DNA of 64,000 nt. It comes from an archaeon 13_1_40CM_2_52_13 (GTDB lineage: Archaea > Thermoproteota > Bathyarchaeia > 40CM-2-53-6). Both the position numbers and the translations under genes were made by a program. Of this stretch, positions 49,970-58,870 are shown piece by piece. Position 1 is the stretch's first letter; each line of letters begins with the position of its first letter. The stretch lies in assembly GCA_001919285.1 (NCBI GenBank), contig MNHO01000049.1, positions 17,746 to 81,745 of the forward strand. Direction: 5' to 3'. The notes beneath the pieces were generated by a model. It was given only the letters and a program-made list of their open reading frames with translations, was not told where the DNA came from and did not search any database.

Positions 49970-50419
49970 GTGTCTACAAGAATGCCCCATATCGAAACCA
50001 CGGACCTCTCCTTCATAGCCGACAGAGTGCAACCTCAGACCTGGACCCTGTTCCAGGTCCTGAGAACTAGAATGAGACAAATGAAGGGCGTGACCATGAA
50101 GGTTCAGTATGAGAAGCACACGAGGGAACCGATACCCGCGTTCTACTATGGCAGCAGACAGCTCTTCCATGTCCATGCTAGAGGAGAAGAGATCAGCGCA
50201 ACACTCCACACCGACCAGAAAGCCCGGACCAAGATAGCCGAAGACCAGTCAATTGATTGGAGAGCCAGAGACCAGGTCAAGAAGCGGACTTGGGCAGCCT
50301 TTACCCTGCGATCCTCGAAGGACCTGGTTCCTTTCATGGAGCTCGTGCGGGCAAAATACGACATGATCAATCAAGAGGCCTCGGGCAAACAGGAAGAGCA
50401 GCGCCCTGTAGCATTCTAG
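49970..50419 (+). CDS. Hypothetical protein
   Basis: 149-aa ORF with protein-like composition in an otherwise empty gap. Confidence 0.55.
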   Translation: MSTRMPHIETTDLSFIADRVQPQTWTLFQVLRTRMRQMKGVTMKVQYEKHTREPIPAFYYGSRQLFHVHARGEEISATLHTDQKARTKIAEDQSIDWRARDQVKKRTWAAFTLRSSKDLVPFMELVRAKYDMINQEASGKQEEQRPVAF

Positions 50420-50542
50420 TCGTTCGCTCCGACCCTGCTCACTAACTGATGCCAGCGCAGCAGTATTACTTGAAGCCAAACCGCGGCGAGACGAATACGG
50501 GTCAGTCTATCTTCAGATAGATCCGGTTACTTTCCCTGTTGT

Positions 50543-52531
50543 TCAGCGTGGTCGAGCAGGGGGTCCTTTGATCGGTGGAGGCTTCGGCCTATTCTCGCCC
50601 GATTCAGAGCTATGAAATAGGTGATGCTGGGCCAAGAAGTCGAAAAACCGTTTCTTCAACAGTCTGAAGCGCGAAACCCGGAAGACGAATCCTCTGGTCC
50701 GGTCGATCTGGAAAGACACCGAATCCGACGAGATCCGTCTCCTCTCCATCTTCGGAACCGATAGGAATCGATGCGATTTTCCTCTAGACCTGACAATACC
50801 AAGTTCGAAAACACCATCAGCCATGGTCTTGAGCTTGGCTGCAGCATCGTCAGGTATCGCGCCCCTTGAAGCAGTCTCTATGAACAGTCCACCGGTCTTT
50901 TTCACTTTCGCACCGAGAGTCTGAATGAAATTAATCGCCTGTTTATCATCAACCCCGTTGAAAATCGGCGTAAGCGAGTCCAACACCACAGTTAGTGGGC
51001 CTCCCTTCGTCTTGGCGATAAACGCCGTAATCTGAATATTTAGCTCGGTGAGGTCTGACGGGTCCTTAATGGCCCCTTCGCCCTGTCCCGCCAATCCGGA
51101 ATAGCAGTCGATGATCTTCAAACGGCCCTTTCTCAGATGAGAGATGATGTCCCAGCCAAATTCTGTCATTCTGGCTTGTACATCTTCAGGGAACGCGTCG
51201 TAAGATAACAGAGCACATAATCGGCCTGATTCCAACTCATCGTGAAGCAGTTGGTAAGAGAGTATCGTCTTCCCGCTTCCGGCGTCCCCCAGGAGAAGTA
51301 TGCTTGCACCTCTAGGCAACGGTCCCCCCATCATCTGCTCCAAATGCTGGAACCCTTCGAGGGAGGTATCAAACCGTCTTACAGTAACGATCCCCCCCAA
51401 GACTGCTACGATTCCTGCGACTACGAAAGGCCAATAGCTCAAAGGCGAAGTTACAACTTGTAATGGAACAGAGGTTACTAGGTCAGGCCCTGTGTTTCCG
51501 GATCCGTCGTTTATGCTGTTTGGGCTCACGGCTAAAATCCACGTTCCGCTTGGATCGAAGGCGGAGACTGGGTAGCCAGTGGATGTGTAGAATCCGAAAC
51601 GGGAAGTGTCATACGCAGCGGTGAGATTTGCGATGAGTGAGCCGGAAGGGTTTCTGAGGCCTACTGCGTATTGTCCCGAGGTCAAGTACGAGGTGCCGAT
51701 AGAGTATTTTATTCGGAAGAAGGCGTGGATAGTGTCTCCGGGAGAGAAGCTTGTCGAGGGATCTCCTTTCGAGTTATAGGCGACCAAGGAGTCGACAATC
51801 AGGTCGTTCTTTGCGATTGTAATGTTTACCGGAGAACTCATGCCAGAGTTTCCTATGTTATCGCTGGCTTGAACAACTATCGTCCATGTTCCGATTGGAT
51901 CTGAGCTGGACACCAGATAGTTATAGGTGTAGACTCCAGGGCTTGTCTGCTGCAGCGTCAGTGGCGCATTCAATGGGCTGTTTGTATAAACGGTTGCCGC
52001 ATTGTCGGGTCCGCTGAGAGCTGTTACGGTCGCGATGATGGTTGCGGTTTGTCCCCTCTGCACAACATTTCCTTGAACTGGCTCCGAAATGACCACGTTC
52101 AACTTCGAGCTAACAGTGAAGGTGCCTGTAACCACGGTGCCGATGTTGGTTGGAGAGGTTTGGTTCACATATACATTGTAGACGCCTCCTACATCAGTTG
52201 CAACCGTGCCGGTCGAGGCGGTAAATGACGGGTCGGGATAGAATTGCGTCACGGCTCCGTTTCCACGATTGTCAGTAGTTACTGTCTTGGGTACGGTCGC
52301 GCTCCCAGTACCGTTGGGTTTTACGACATCGAACATGACGATATATGCGCTATTCCTCGTCCCTCCTGAAACGGTCAGGGTCATTGTAATCGTGCTGCCA
52401 AGACTGACAGGGACGCTAGGGTTGATCGTAAGATTGTATGGAGCTACTCCCTCGACGAGTGGAGCTGCTGCTAGGGAGAGGGTTAGAGCCAGGGCTACCA
52501 GGGGAATTAAGGCGCGTAGTCTGGTCAGCAT
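50543..52531 (-). CDS. Membrane protein: extracellular Ig-like domains, one TM, cytoplasmic KaiC/RAD55-like ATPase
   Basis: Signal peptide, Thr/Ser-rich beta domains, TM (WPFVVAGIVAVLGGIV), Walker A GDAGSGKT, IIDCYS, Walker B VVLDS, ADGVFEL, KM. Confidence 0.85.
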   Translation of the reverse strand: MLTRLRALIPLVALALTLSLAAAPLVEGVAPYNLTINPSVPVSLGSTITMTLTVSGGTRNSAYIVMFDVVKPNGTGSATVPKTVTTDNRGNGAVTQFYPDPSFTASTGTVATDVGGVYNVYVNQTSPTNIGTVVTGTFTVSSKLNVVISEPVQGNVVQRGQTATIIATVTALSGPDNAATVYTNSPLNAPLTLQQTSPGVYTYNYLVSSSDPIGTWTIVVQASDNIGNSGMSSPVNITIAKNDLIVDSLVAYNSKGDPSTSFSPGDTIHAFFRIKYSIGTSYLTSGQYAVGLRNPSGSLIANLTAAYDTSRFGFYTSTGYPVSAFDPSGTWILAVSPNSINDGSGNTGPDLVTSVPLQVVTSPLSYWPFVVAGIVAVLGGIVTVRRFDTSLEGFQHLEQMMGGPLPRGASILLLGDAGSGKTILSYQLLHDELESGRLCALLSYDAFPEDVQARMTEFGWDIISHLRKGRLKIIDCYSGLAGQGEGAIKDPSDLTELNIQITAFIAKTKGGPLTVVLDSLTPIFNGVDDKQAINFIQTLGAKVKKTGGLFIETASRGAIPDDAAAKLKTMADGVFELGIVRSRGKSHRFLSVPKMERRRISSDSVSFQIDRTRGFVFRVSRFRLLKKRFFDFLAQHHLFHSSESGENRPKPPPIKGPPARPR

Positions 52532-52746
52532 CTAGTGTCGACGGCCGAGGGTATTTCTCCAGAGGAAGCGTCGAGGGCGTGCCGCGGAAGGGTTGTGTTA
52601 CCGTGAGAGAATTAGAGTAGGAACACCCCCTAGTCAGACACAAGGGAGTCTTTGCTTCTCAAATCGCAAGAATGCTGGTTCAATGCGAAAACTCCGACAA
52701 TCTTTATTAGAAATCTTCGAGTTGCGGCGCACTTGGCGGGTCTTCT

Positions 52747-52898
52747 GGGCCCGTAAGCCGGATCATCGAAGGTCTGGCCGGGCGGCTCAGCCAGGTAGAG
52801 CAGCAGGCTCAACGAGGCTGAAGCTCTTAACCTGAAGAACGAGCCTACGAGTCTCGTTCGGGGAACGGTCGAGGGTTCAAATCCCTCCGGGCCCGCCA
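52747..52898 (+). tRNA. tRNA-Lys(CTT) with three introns (52756-52784, 52807-52822, 52836-52865)
   Basis: Exons join to a 77-nt cloverleaf GGGCCCGTAGCTCAGCCAGGTAGAGCAGCAGGCTCTTAACCTGACGGTCGAGGGTTCAAATCCCTCCGGGCCCGCCA with encoded CCA; each intron sits in a BHB or relaxed BHB motif. Confidence 0.88.
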
Positions 52899-52981
52899 CA
52901 ACCCAACCAAGGACCTTCCCTCTAGGCGGGCTAGTTTCATAGGAAAGCGAACCATTACTAGACTTGGTTCACTCGAGCGCT

Positions 52982-53131
52982 ATGAAAAGCATTCAAAAGA
53001 AACCCAAGATTGTAGAGCGTTCCTGTACGAAGCACGGCGTTTACACTGGACCGTATTGCCCTGAATGTTATGAGAAAGCGATGGGTTCCTACGAACCACC
53101 GGTCTTGGATGAGAAGTCACAGTCCGACTAA
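52982..53131 (+). CDS. 49-aa zinc-finger microprotein
   Basis: Manual translation MKSIQKKPKIVERSCTKHGVYTGPYCPECYEKAMGSYEPPVLDEKSQSD (CxxH-x7-CxxC); below the ORF-track cut-off. Confidence 0.55.
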   Translation: MKSIQKKPKIVERSCTKHGVYTGPYCPECYEKAMGSYEPPVLDEKSQSD

Positions 53132-53171
53132 AAATAGAGAACGCCTTTGTTGTGCTAGTCAGGGTCAACTA

Positions 53172-53706
53172 GTGAAAATCCAATTTGAGCAGGAAGTTCT
53201 ATCGCTTCGCGTGGACAAGGACTCCTTCTTCAGGAATGATATAGATTCCCCGATTCCACCAGACGAACGCCCCAACTCCAAAGGACTCAACTATTTTCCA
53301 CCCAACCCTGGCTACCGAGTCACTTCGAAGCTGGAAAGATTCGACACGCCAAAGGCACATCATGATGGCCACTAGCACGGGACCGCGACAAGCCTACTTG
53401 AGGTATGGAGCGCTCGCCTTTGAGATGGAGGGACGAAGTCTGAAATTAATTGTTTACAAGTCTGCTGAGGACCCTTACGCTCGGTCGCTCTTCATACCGT
53501 TCTCCGACGAGACATCTGGTCGCGTGACGTACGCGGCCGGAAGATATCTGGACCTTGAGGAGCAAGGCGGGGACGATTACGAACTGGATTTCAACGTGGC
53601 CTACAATCCCTATTGCGCCTATAGTGAAGAATATACTTGTCCGATACCTCCGGCCGAAAACAAGCTTCACATCAAGATTCTCGCCGGAGAGAAGAATTAC
53701 AAATAG
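53172..53706 (+). pseudogene. DUF1684 family protein split by a single extra base near 53351-53353
   Basis: KDSFFR...SP, GLNYFP in one frame; LFIPFSD.TSG..TY..GRYLD, DFN.AYNPYCAY...CP.PP.EN in the next; deleting one A from ccAAAgg joins them. Confidence 0.75.
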
Positions 53707-53733
53707 GATGAGCTGACGGTAGAACCGAGAACT

Positions 53734-54237
53734 ATGACGACCCGAATGACCGACTATTCACCGGACTTTGACACTCTGGAAAAGATGGAGTGGGCCTTTT
53801 CGAAAGGCGACGTGGCCTACATTAGCAAGGTCCTGGATAGTCGACCTAGCCTAGTCCTTAGGATCCATGGAGTCTGTATGCTGGCCGATATGAAGAGAGA
53901 GGACGCGATTCCGGCGCTGGCCCGAGCCCTCAGAGAAGACCCGAGTCCGCTGGTCAGGCACGAAGCGGCGTTCGCTATGGGACAATTAGAGTTCAAGTCG
54001 GGAGTGCCCTCGCTGCTAGAGGCCATGGCAAGAGACGAGAGCGTTCTTGTCAGACACGAGTCAGCAGTAGCACTAGGCTCGATCGGCGACGAAAGAGCTA
54101 GACCGGGACTGATGACAGCCTTGGAAGATGTCGACGAGGACGTGAGACTGTCTGCCGAGGTCGCATTGGCTGATCTAGAGTTCCTAAGGAGACTAAGAAC
54201 CAGGACGGAAATTCAACCCATTGCCGAGACCGGCTAG
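53734..54237 (+). CDS. HEAT/PBS-lyase repeat protein with two His-Glu motifs
   Basis: VRHEAAFAMGQ and VRHESAVALGSIG repeats. Confidence 0.8.
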   Translation: MTTRMTDYSPDFDTLEKMEWAFSKGDVAYISKVLDSRPSLVLRIHGVCMLADMKREDAIPALARALREDPSPLVRHEAAFAMGQLEFKSGVPSLLEAMARDESVLVRHESAVALGSIGDERARPGLMTALEDVDEDVRLSAEVALADLEFLRRLRTRTEIQPIAETG

Positions 54238-55344
54238 TTGACCTCTCGGAAGACAACACCCGCCAAGCGTCAGGTTGAGAGGCCTAGCGTCCGCGTTCCT
54301 CGGTCAAAGGCCCAACCTGCCATACAGAGCTTGATTAAGACTGGAATTCTTGATAGACAATTTTCCGTAATAACAGACGATCAGACGGTCGCCCTACCGC
54401 TGATGCGCGACCCGAATGAGATTGAGATTGACGAGTTGCGGAAGCTCGTTCCAAGCGCGAGTTTGGGGGTCGAAGATTTCGAACCTCGGAAGAGGCACCC
54501 GCGAACCTTCGAAGAAGCTCTAGCAGAGCGTTTGTCGCCCGATATTCTCTCCAGATTGCCGAAGTCCTTCGATGTCGTGGGCGACATTACAATTCTTGAA
54601 CTAGATTCGGGATTGGCCGTGTACGAGACAGTCATAGCTGGAGCGATAATGGAGGTTCATCCGAACGTGCGGGCGGTCTTCGCAAAGAGCGGAGAAGTCT
54701 CTGGAGCTGAGAGAATAAGGCCTCTCCGCTACATCGCCGGAGAGAACAGAACCCATACAATTCACAAAGAGTATGGGTGTCTGTTCAAAGTAGATTTGTC
54801 GAAAGCCTTCTTCTCGCCACGACTCTCCACCGAGCATCAGAGGGTTGCGCAGATGGTCGAGAAGGGTGAACGAGTTATAGACATGTTTGCTGGAGTTGGA
54901 CCATTCTCAATCTTGACTGCGAAAAGGCTTGACGAAGTCAGGGTGGAGGCGATCGACTCCAATCCGCAAGCGGTAGAACTACTCCAAGAAAACGTGCGAG
55001 CAAACAAGGTCGAATCGAAGGTCCACGCCCACTTCGGGGATGCACGGGAGGTCATCCGAAAGGAGCTTTTTCAAAGTGCGAGTCGGGTGATAATGAACCA
55101 TCCATCCGCATCAAAGGACTTCGTCAAAGAGGCTTGTGCCGCGCTCCAGCCTTCGGGCGGCACTATCCACTACTACACTTTCGCAGGAGAAAATTGGGAA
55201 ACAGATTCTCGTAACGATATCGAACATGTGGTCAAAGAGTCAGGCTACGTTGCGGAAAGAGTCTTAGGGATTCATAGGGTTCGAGAAGTGGCCCCTATGA
55301 GATGGCAGGTCGCAGTCGACCTCGAAGTCGCCCGCGGTCAATAG
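54238..55344 (+). CDS. Trm5/Tyw2 (Met-10+) family tRNA methyltransferase
   Basis: FDVVGDI, T.HKEYG..F.VD, FFSPRLSTE, DMFAGVGPF, IMNHP. Confidence 0.9.
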   Translation: MTSRKTTPAKRQVERPSVRVPRSKAQPAIQSLIKTGILDRQFSVITDDQTVALPLMRDPNEIEIDELRKLVPSASLGVEDFEPRKRHPRTFEEALAERLSPDILSRLPKSFDVVGDITILELDSGLAVYETVIAGAIMEVHPNVRAVFAKSGEVSGAERIRPLRYIAGENRTHTIHKEYGCLFKVDLSKAFFSPRLSTEHQRVAQMVEKGERVIDMFAGVGPFSILTAKRLDEVRVEAIDSNPQAVELLQENVRANKVESKVHAHFGDAREVIRKELFQSASRVIMNHPSASKDFVKEACAALQPSGGTIHYYTFAGENWETDSRNDIEHVVKESGYVAERVLGIHRVREVAPMRWQVAVDLEVARGQ

Positions 55345-55774
55345 CAGAGATTCCAACTGTCACCCGACTAGTCGGGTCCTGAAGTAATCGGACCATGTCT
55401 CGAGGGATGTCCATCGAGGATTTGTCCGCATGGATCATCAGAGTTCGATCAGAAGTGAAGCCGCTTTTTCTGACGACTAAGTCCGTCTCGTGAGAGAAGG
55501 TTAGTCGAGGGTCTCCTTTGCCCTCCACGGTGAATTCGAAAGGCCCAACCTGCAGCCGTAGTCGGCCACGCCCGTTCGAACTCGAGAGAACTCGCTTCAA
55601 ATCTACTGGTAGGTCTCGAACGGCGCTGGAGGATTTCACCGCGACTACGCAGTCTCCTCGATGAGTCAGCTCACGGCTCGTCGTTATCTCTAGTGTGGTC
55701 GGATGCGTAGAGAGGATGGCAGGATGACCGTACGCATGAAAGATCAATGCGGGACCCCGAGGAGGAGTGAACAT
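55295..55774 (-). CDS. DUF371 family protein
   Basis: GHP.I..THPTTLEIT, GDCVV, V.RKS.F...RTL.I.ADK. Confidence 0.85.
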   Translation of the reverse strand: MFTPPRGPALIFHAYGHPAILSTHPTTLEITTSRELTHRGDCVVAVKSSSAVRDLPVDLKRVLSSSNGRGRLRLQVGPFEFTVEGKGDPRLTFSHETDLVVRKSGFTSDRTLMIHADKSSMDIPRDMVRLLQDPTSRVTVGISAIDRGRLRGRLRPAIS

Positions 55775-55857
55775 TTCATGCTAAATATCCTTCAAAACTA
55801 GAAAGTTATCGGAGGGAGATAGCCAGGTCAGTCAACTTCGCCAATGAAAGGGAGAGA

Positions 55858-56512
55858 ATGGTTCAGAGACTAATCAGCGAAGGACTTCTCCGATCACCCG
55901 AAGTGATCGAGGCATTAAGGAAGGTTCCGAGGGAATTGTTCGTCTCGGACGAGCTTCGCGCTTACGCCTACAACGATACTCCGCTGCCGACCGATCGAGG
56001 TCAGACCATCAGTGCGCCACACGGTACCGAAAGCCGGGCGATACATGGTGGCCATAATGAACCAAGCACTGGAACTGAGAATCGGCGACAAAGTACTGGA
56101 GGTAGGCGCGGGCAGCGGCTACCACGCCGCTACAGTTGCAGAGCAGATCGGACCCCAAGGTCGCGTCTACACGATAGAACTAGTCCCTGATCTAGTCAAG
56201 GCTGCACGGTCCAACCTAGAGAAAGCTGGCTATTCTGACCGTGTAATCTTAACCCAGGGTGATGGGTCGCTAGGGTACCCAGATCGAGCTCCCTACGACA
56301 GAATAGTCGTTACTGCGGCAGCGCCCAAGATTCCCCAACCTCTAGTTGGACAACTACGATCAGGAGGGATTCTAGTGATCCCTGTTGGCGGCCGCCTGTT
56401 TCCCCAAGAACTCGTAAAAGTCCGGAAAGATGAGAAGGGACGGATTGAACGAACCTCTCTGGGAGGAGTCGCCTTCGTCCCGTTGATCGGGCAGGAAGGA
56501 TTCGACTCATAG
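55858..56512 (+). CDS. pcm: Protein-L-isoaspartate O-methyltransferase, join(55858..56020,56043..56512); start may be ATA at 55819
   Basis: Exon 1 VPRELFV..AY.DTPL...GQTISAP; exon 2 MVAIM, VLEVGAGSGYHAA, GDGSLG, APYDRI.VTAA, FVPL; the two ORFs are out of frame by exactly the 22-nt insert. Confidence 0.92.
56021..56042 (+). other. Putative 22-nt BHB-type mRNA intron in pcm
   Basis: Central helix CGCC/GGCG, 3-nt bulges ACA and AUA, inner helix CGGU/GCCG, exon-exon outer helix; cleavage after the second nt of each bulge restores SAPHMVA. Confidence 0.85.
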
Positions 56513-56575
56513 GAGTCCACTCATCGATTCCGCATTTTTATTGTGCTGAAATGTTGAGGTTGAACTGCGGGTACG

Positions 56576-57160
56576 GTGCCTACCACGGCCTTGAGTCAGA
56601 GACTGATGAGGCTGAAAGAGAACCTCTCATCCAATCCCCGATCAAGCACCGATGAAAGAGTGGATGCAGTTGTAGCCATTCTTCTTTACCAGGATTCTGC
56701 TGACGAACTCAGCACTCTTCTAATTCACCGTGTTGAGAGGAGTAGCGATCCCTGGTCGGGCCAAATTGGTCTTCCTGGCGGCAGAGTTGAGAAGTTCGAT
56801 GGTTCTACACAGGAAGCGTTGGAGAGAGAGGTCCGCGAGGAAGTGGGACTAGATTTAGGCAGAGAGGGAGAGCAACTGGGTGTTTTGAGTGTAGGTCATC
56901 CTGGAAGGCGTCTCGAAATGAAGGTTCAGCCATGGGTGTACGGCTTTCAACGTCGACCTGAGGTGACAACTGGACCAGAGATTCAGCAAGCGTTCTGGGT
57001 CTCGTTATCGCAGCTTCCTTCACTTAGGGGGACCTCAGAGGTCGATATCAGAGGAACACGAATGCCAGTTGATGCATTTCTGGTAGACGGAAAAGTCGTC
57101 TGGGGGTTTACGTACAGAGTACTGAACGAGATACTGGCTGTTCTTGGAGTACTGGGGTAA
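56576..57160 (+). CDS. Nudix hydrolase, CoA pyrophosphatase-like
   Basis: DPWSGQ.GLPGGR, ALERE.REEVG, VWGFTYR. Confidence 0.88.
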   Translation: MPTTALSQRLMRLKENLSSNPRSSTDERVDAVVAILLYQDSADELSTLLIHRVERSSDPWSGQIGLPGGRVEKFDGSTQEALEREVREEVGLDLGREGEQLGVLSVGHPGRRLEMKVQPWVYGFQRRPEVTTGPEIQQAFWVSLSQLPSLRGTSEVDIRGTRMPVDAFLVDGKVVWGFTYRVLNEILAVLGVLG

Positions 57161-58045
57161 TTACTGAGATAGACTTGCCATAGGGAGAAGCAGTGGGTCC
57201 GGCGCGGGCGTTCTTTCTTTCCCAGGGTAGCCCTTCAAGTCCAAAGTGACAGTCATGAAACCTAACTGCTTGAGCGCTCGGTCAATTTGGTCCATCACAG
57301 CTTCGTCAAAGAAAAGTCTCCTCTCTCCGGGGGCGACCTCGATTCTAGCGGAAGAGTTGCTGTAGCGGACTCGTAGATTCCTTACTCCTGTCAATTCTTT
57401 GACGTACAGTTCTGCTTGACCAATCATTCCAAGCTTGTCCGTGGTGACTTCTTCGCCATGAGTAATTCGGGAGGACAAGCAGGGCATTGCCGGTTTGTCC
57501 CAGACTGAAAGTCCTAGCATATGGGCGGTCTCTCGAACGTCTGCTTTTGAGAACGATGCTATCAGCAATGGGCTCTTCACTCCCGCTTCTTGGGCCGCTC
57601 TGAACCCGGGACGATCATCACTCAGATCATCAACTTGGGTCCCATCGAGAATCGCTTCAAGGCCTAGACTGTCCGCGAGGCTCCGTAGCTCCCGGTAGAG
57701 AGTATCTTTGCAATGGTAGCACCGGTCGGCGCGATTCGAGGTGTACTGGGGATTCTGAAGTTCGTCGGTCTGCACAACCACGTGCTTGATTCCGATTTCC
57801 TTCGCAGTCTCCTTGGCGATCTCCAATTCATGTGGAGGGAGCGATTCAGAGACTCCAGTAACTGCAACCGCATGATCGCCGAGCGCCTTACGTGCAAGGA
57901 GAGCAACAAGCGAGCTATCGACACCCGCTGACAACGCCACAACCGCTCCCTTGCTCAATCGAATCTGTGAAACAGCTGCGTCGAATTTCCGTTGAAGATC
58001 TTGCGGAAGTGATTCTCCCAAGTTCAGAGGAACATGGCCGCACAT
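57161..58045 (-). CDS. larE: ATP-dependent sacrificial sulfur transferase LarE
   Basis: PP-loop LSAGVDS, RCYHCK, RPG..A, KP..PCLSSR, RVR, VTLDL.GY. Confidence 0.9.
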   Translation of the reverse strand: MCGHVPLNLGESLPQDLQRKFDAAVSQIRLSKGAVVALSAGVDSSLVALLARKALGDHAVAVTGVSESLPPHELEIAKETAKEIGIKHVVVQTDELQNPQYTSNRADRCYHCKDTLYRELRSLADSLGLEAILDGTQVDDLSDDRPGFRAAQEAGVKSPLLIASFSKADVRETAHMLGLSVWDKPAMPCLSSRITHGEEVTTDKLGMIGQAELYVKELTGVRNLRVRYSNSSARIEVAPGERRLFFDEAVMDQIDRALKQLGFMTVTLDLKGYPGKERTPAPDPLLLPMASLSQ

Positions 58046-58858
58046 TGTAATTTAAACTGTCCATCTGAAACTTTCTCTATGGCCACTCGGGACGACTTGG
58101 CGAGATTCGACGCCGGGTTCAAGCGATTGAAAAACCAGACAAGTCTGCTCGCCATCAAGAGAGTGGCCCGTATCGCCCACTTAGACGTAGGACGAGAAAT
58201 CAGGAAAGGACTGCCCGAAATAATTCTCGCCGAAGGAAAGGTTCCCCAAGAAGTCGCGGAAATCGTCGAAGCGATGGTGAAAAGGACCGGCCGGGCAATT
58301 GTTAGTCGAGCAACTAGGAAACACTTGCGCCTAATCCGCGCCAGGCGAATTCCAAAATCGAGCATTCAATTCTTTGAAAGATCAGGTATCATTCTAGCTA
58401 AGGTCAAGTCTTACCGGATCAAACAGACCGGAGGTAGAGTCGGCCTGCTTACGGCCGGTACGTCGGACATTCCAGTCGCGGAAGAAGCTAAGGTGATTGC
58501 TGAGGAGATGGGTTGCATGACCCGGGTCTACTACGATGTCGGTGTCGCAGGACTCCACAGGCTCTTCAAACCGCTCTCTGAACTGCTCAAGTGGGACTCA
58601 GACGTCATTCTCGTTGTCGCAGGGAGGGAAGGCGCTCTGCCCACAGTGGTCGCAGGACTCGTTGACGTCCCCGTCATTGGAGTTCCAACGTCCCGAAGCT
58701 ATGGGTTTGGGGACAAGGGCATCGCAGCCCTTGCCGCGATGTTACAGTCTTGTTCTCTAGGAATAGCAGTCGTAAACATAGATGGCGGAGTCGGAGCAGG
58801 GTCCATCGGATCTCTGATTGCCAATAGAGCAGCGAGATACCGCGCGGGACGATCGTGA
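58034..58858 (+). CDS. larB: Nickel pincer cofactor biosynthesis protein LarB
   Basis: G.PE...AEGK, TAGTSDIPVAEEA, DVGVAGLHRL, AGREGALP, VVNIDGG. Confidence 0.92.
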   Translation: MAAHCNLNCPSETFSMATRDDLARFDAGFKRLKNQTSLLAIKRVARIAHLDVGREIRKGLPEIILAEGKVPQEVAEIVEAMVKRTGRAIVSRATRKHLRLIRARRIPKSSIQFFERSGIILAKVKSYRIKQTGGRVGLLTAGTSDIPVAEEAKVIAEEMGCMTRVYYDVGVAGLHRLFKPLSELLKWDSDVILVVAGREGALPTVVAGLVDVPVIGVPTSRSYGFGDKGIAALAAMLQSCSLGIAVVNIDGGVGAGSIGSLIANRAARYRAGRS

Positions 58859-58870
58859 GGCTAGGTTAGG

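Noticed and set aside
52556..52580. ORB-like TCCAGAGGAA sequence near the tRNA
   Set aside because: Single copy, no G-string match, no inverted partner, no AT-rich unwinding element and no cdc6 nearby.
52747..53200. Integrated element at the tRNA-Lys
   Set aside because: No integrase and no duplicated tRNA 3' end (att site) seen in the window.
53340..53375. DUF1684 split as a second mRNA intron or programmed frameshift
   Set aside because: One extra A in a short A-run explains it. I found no BHB fold, no extra sequence to excise and no slippery heptamer, so it is a likely indel or sequencing error.
56033..56040. Shared GCCGGGCG octamer between the pcm intron and tRNA intron 1, suggesting intron transposition
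   Set aside because: Only 8 GC-rich nt, in a different register within the two BHB motifs; too weak to claim common origin.
57161..58858. larB/larE without larA/larC as a novel pathway
   Set aside because: Scattered lar genes are common in archaea and the partners may lie outside this window.
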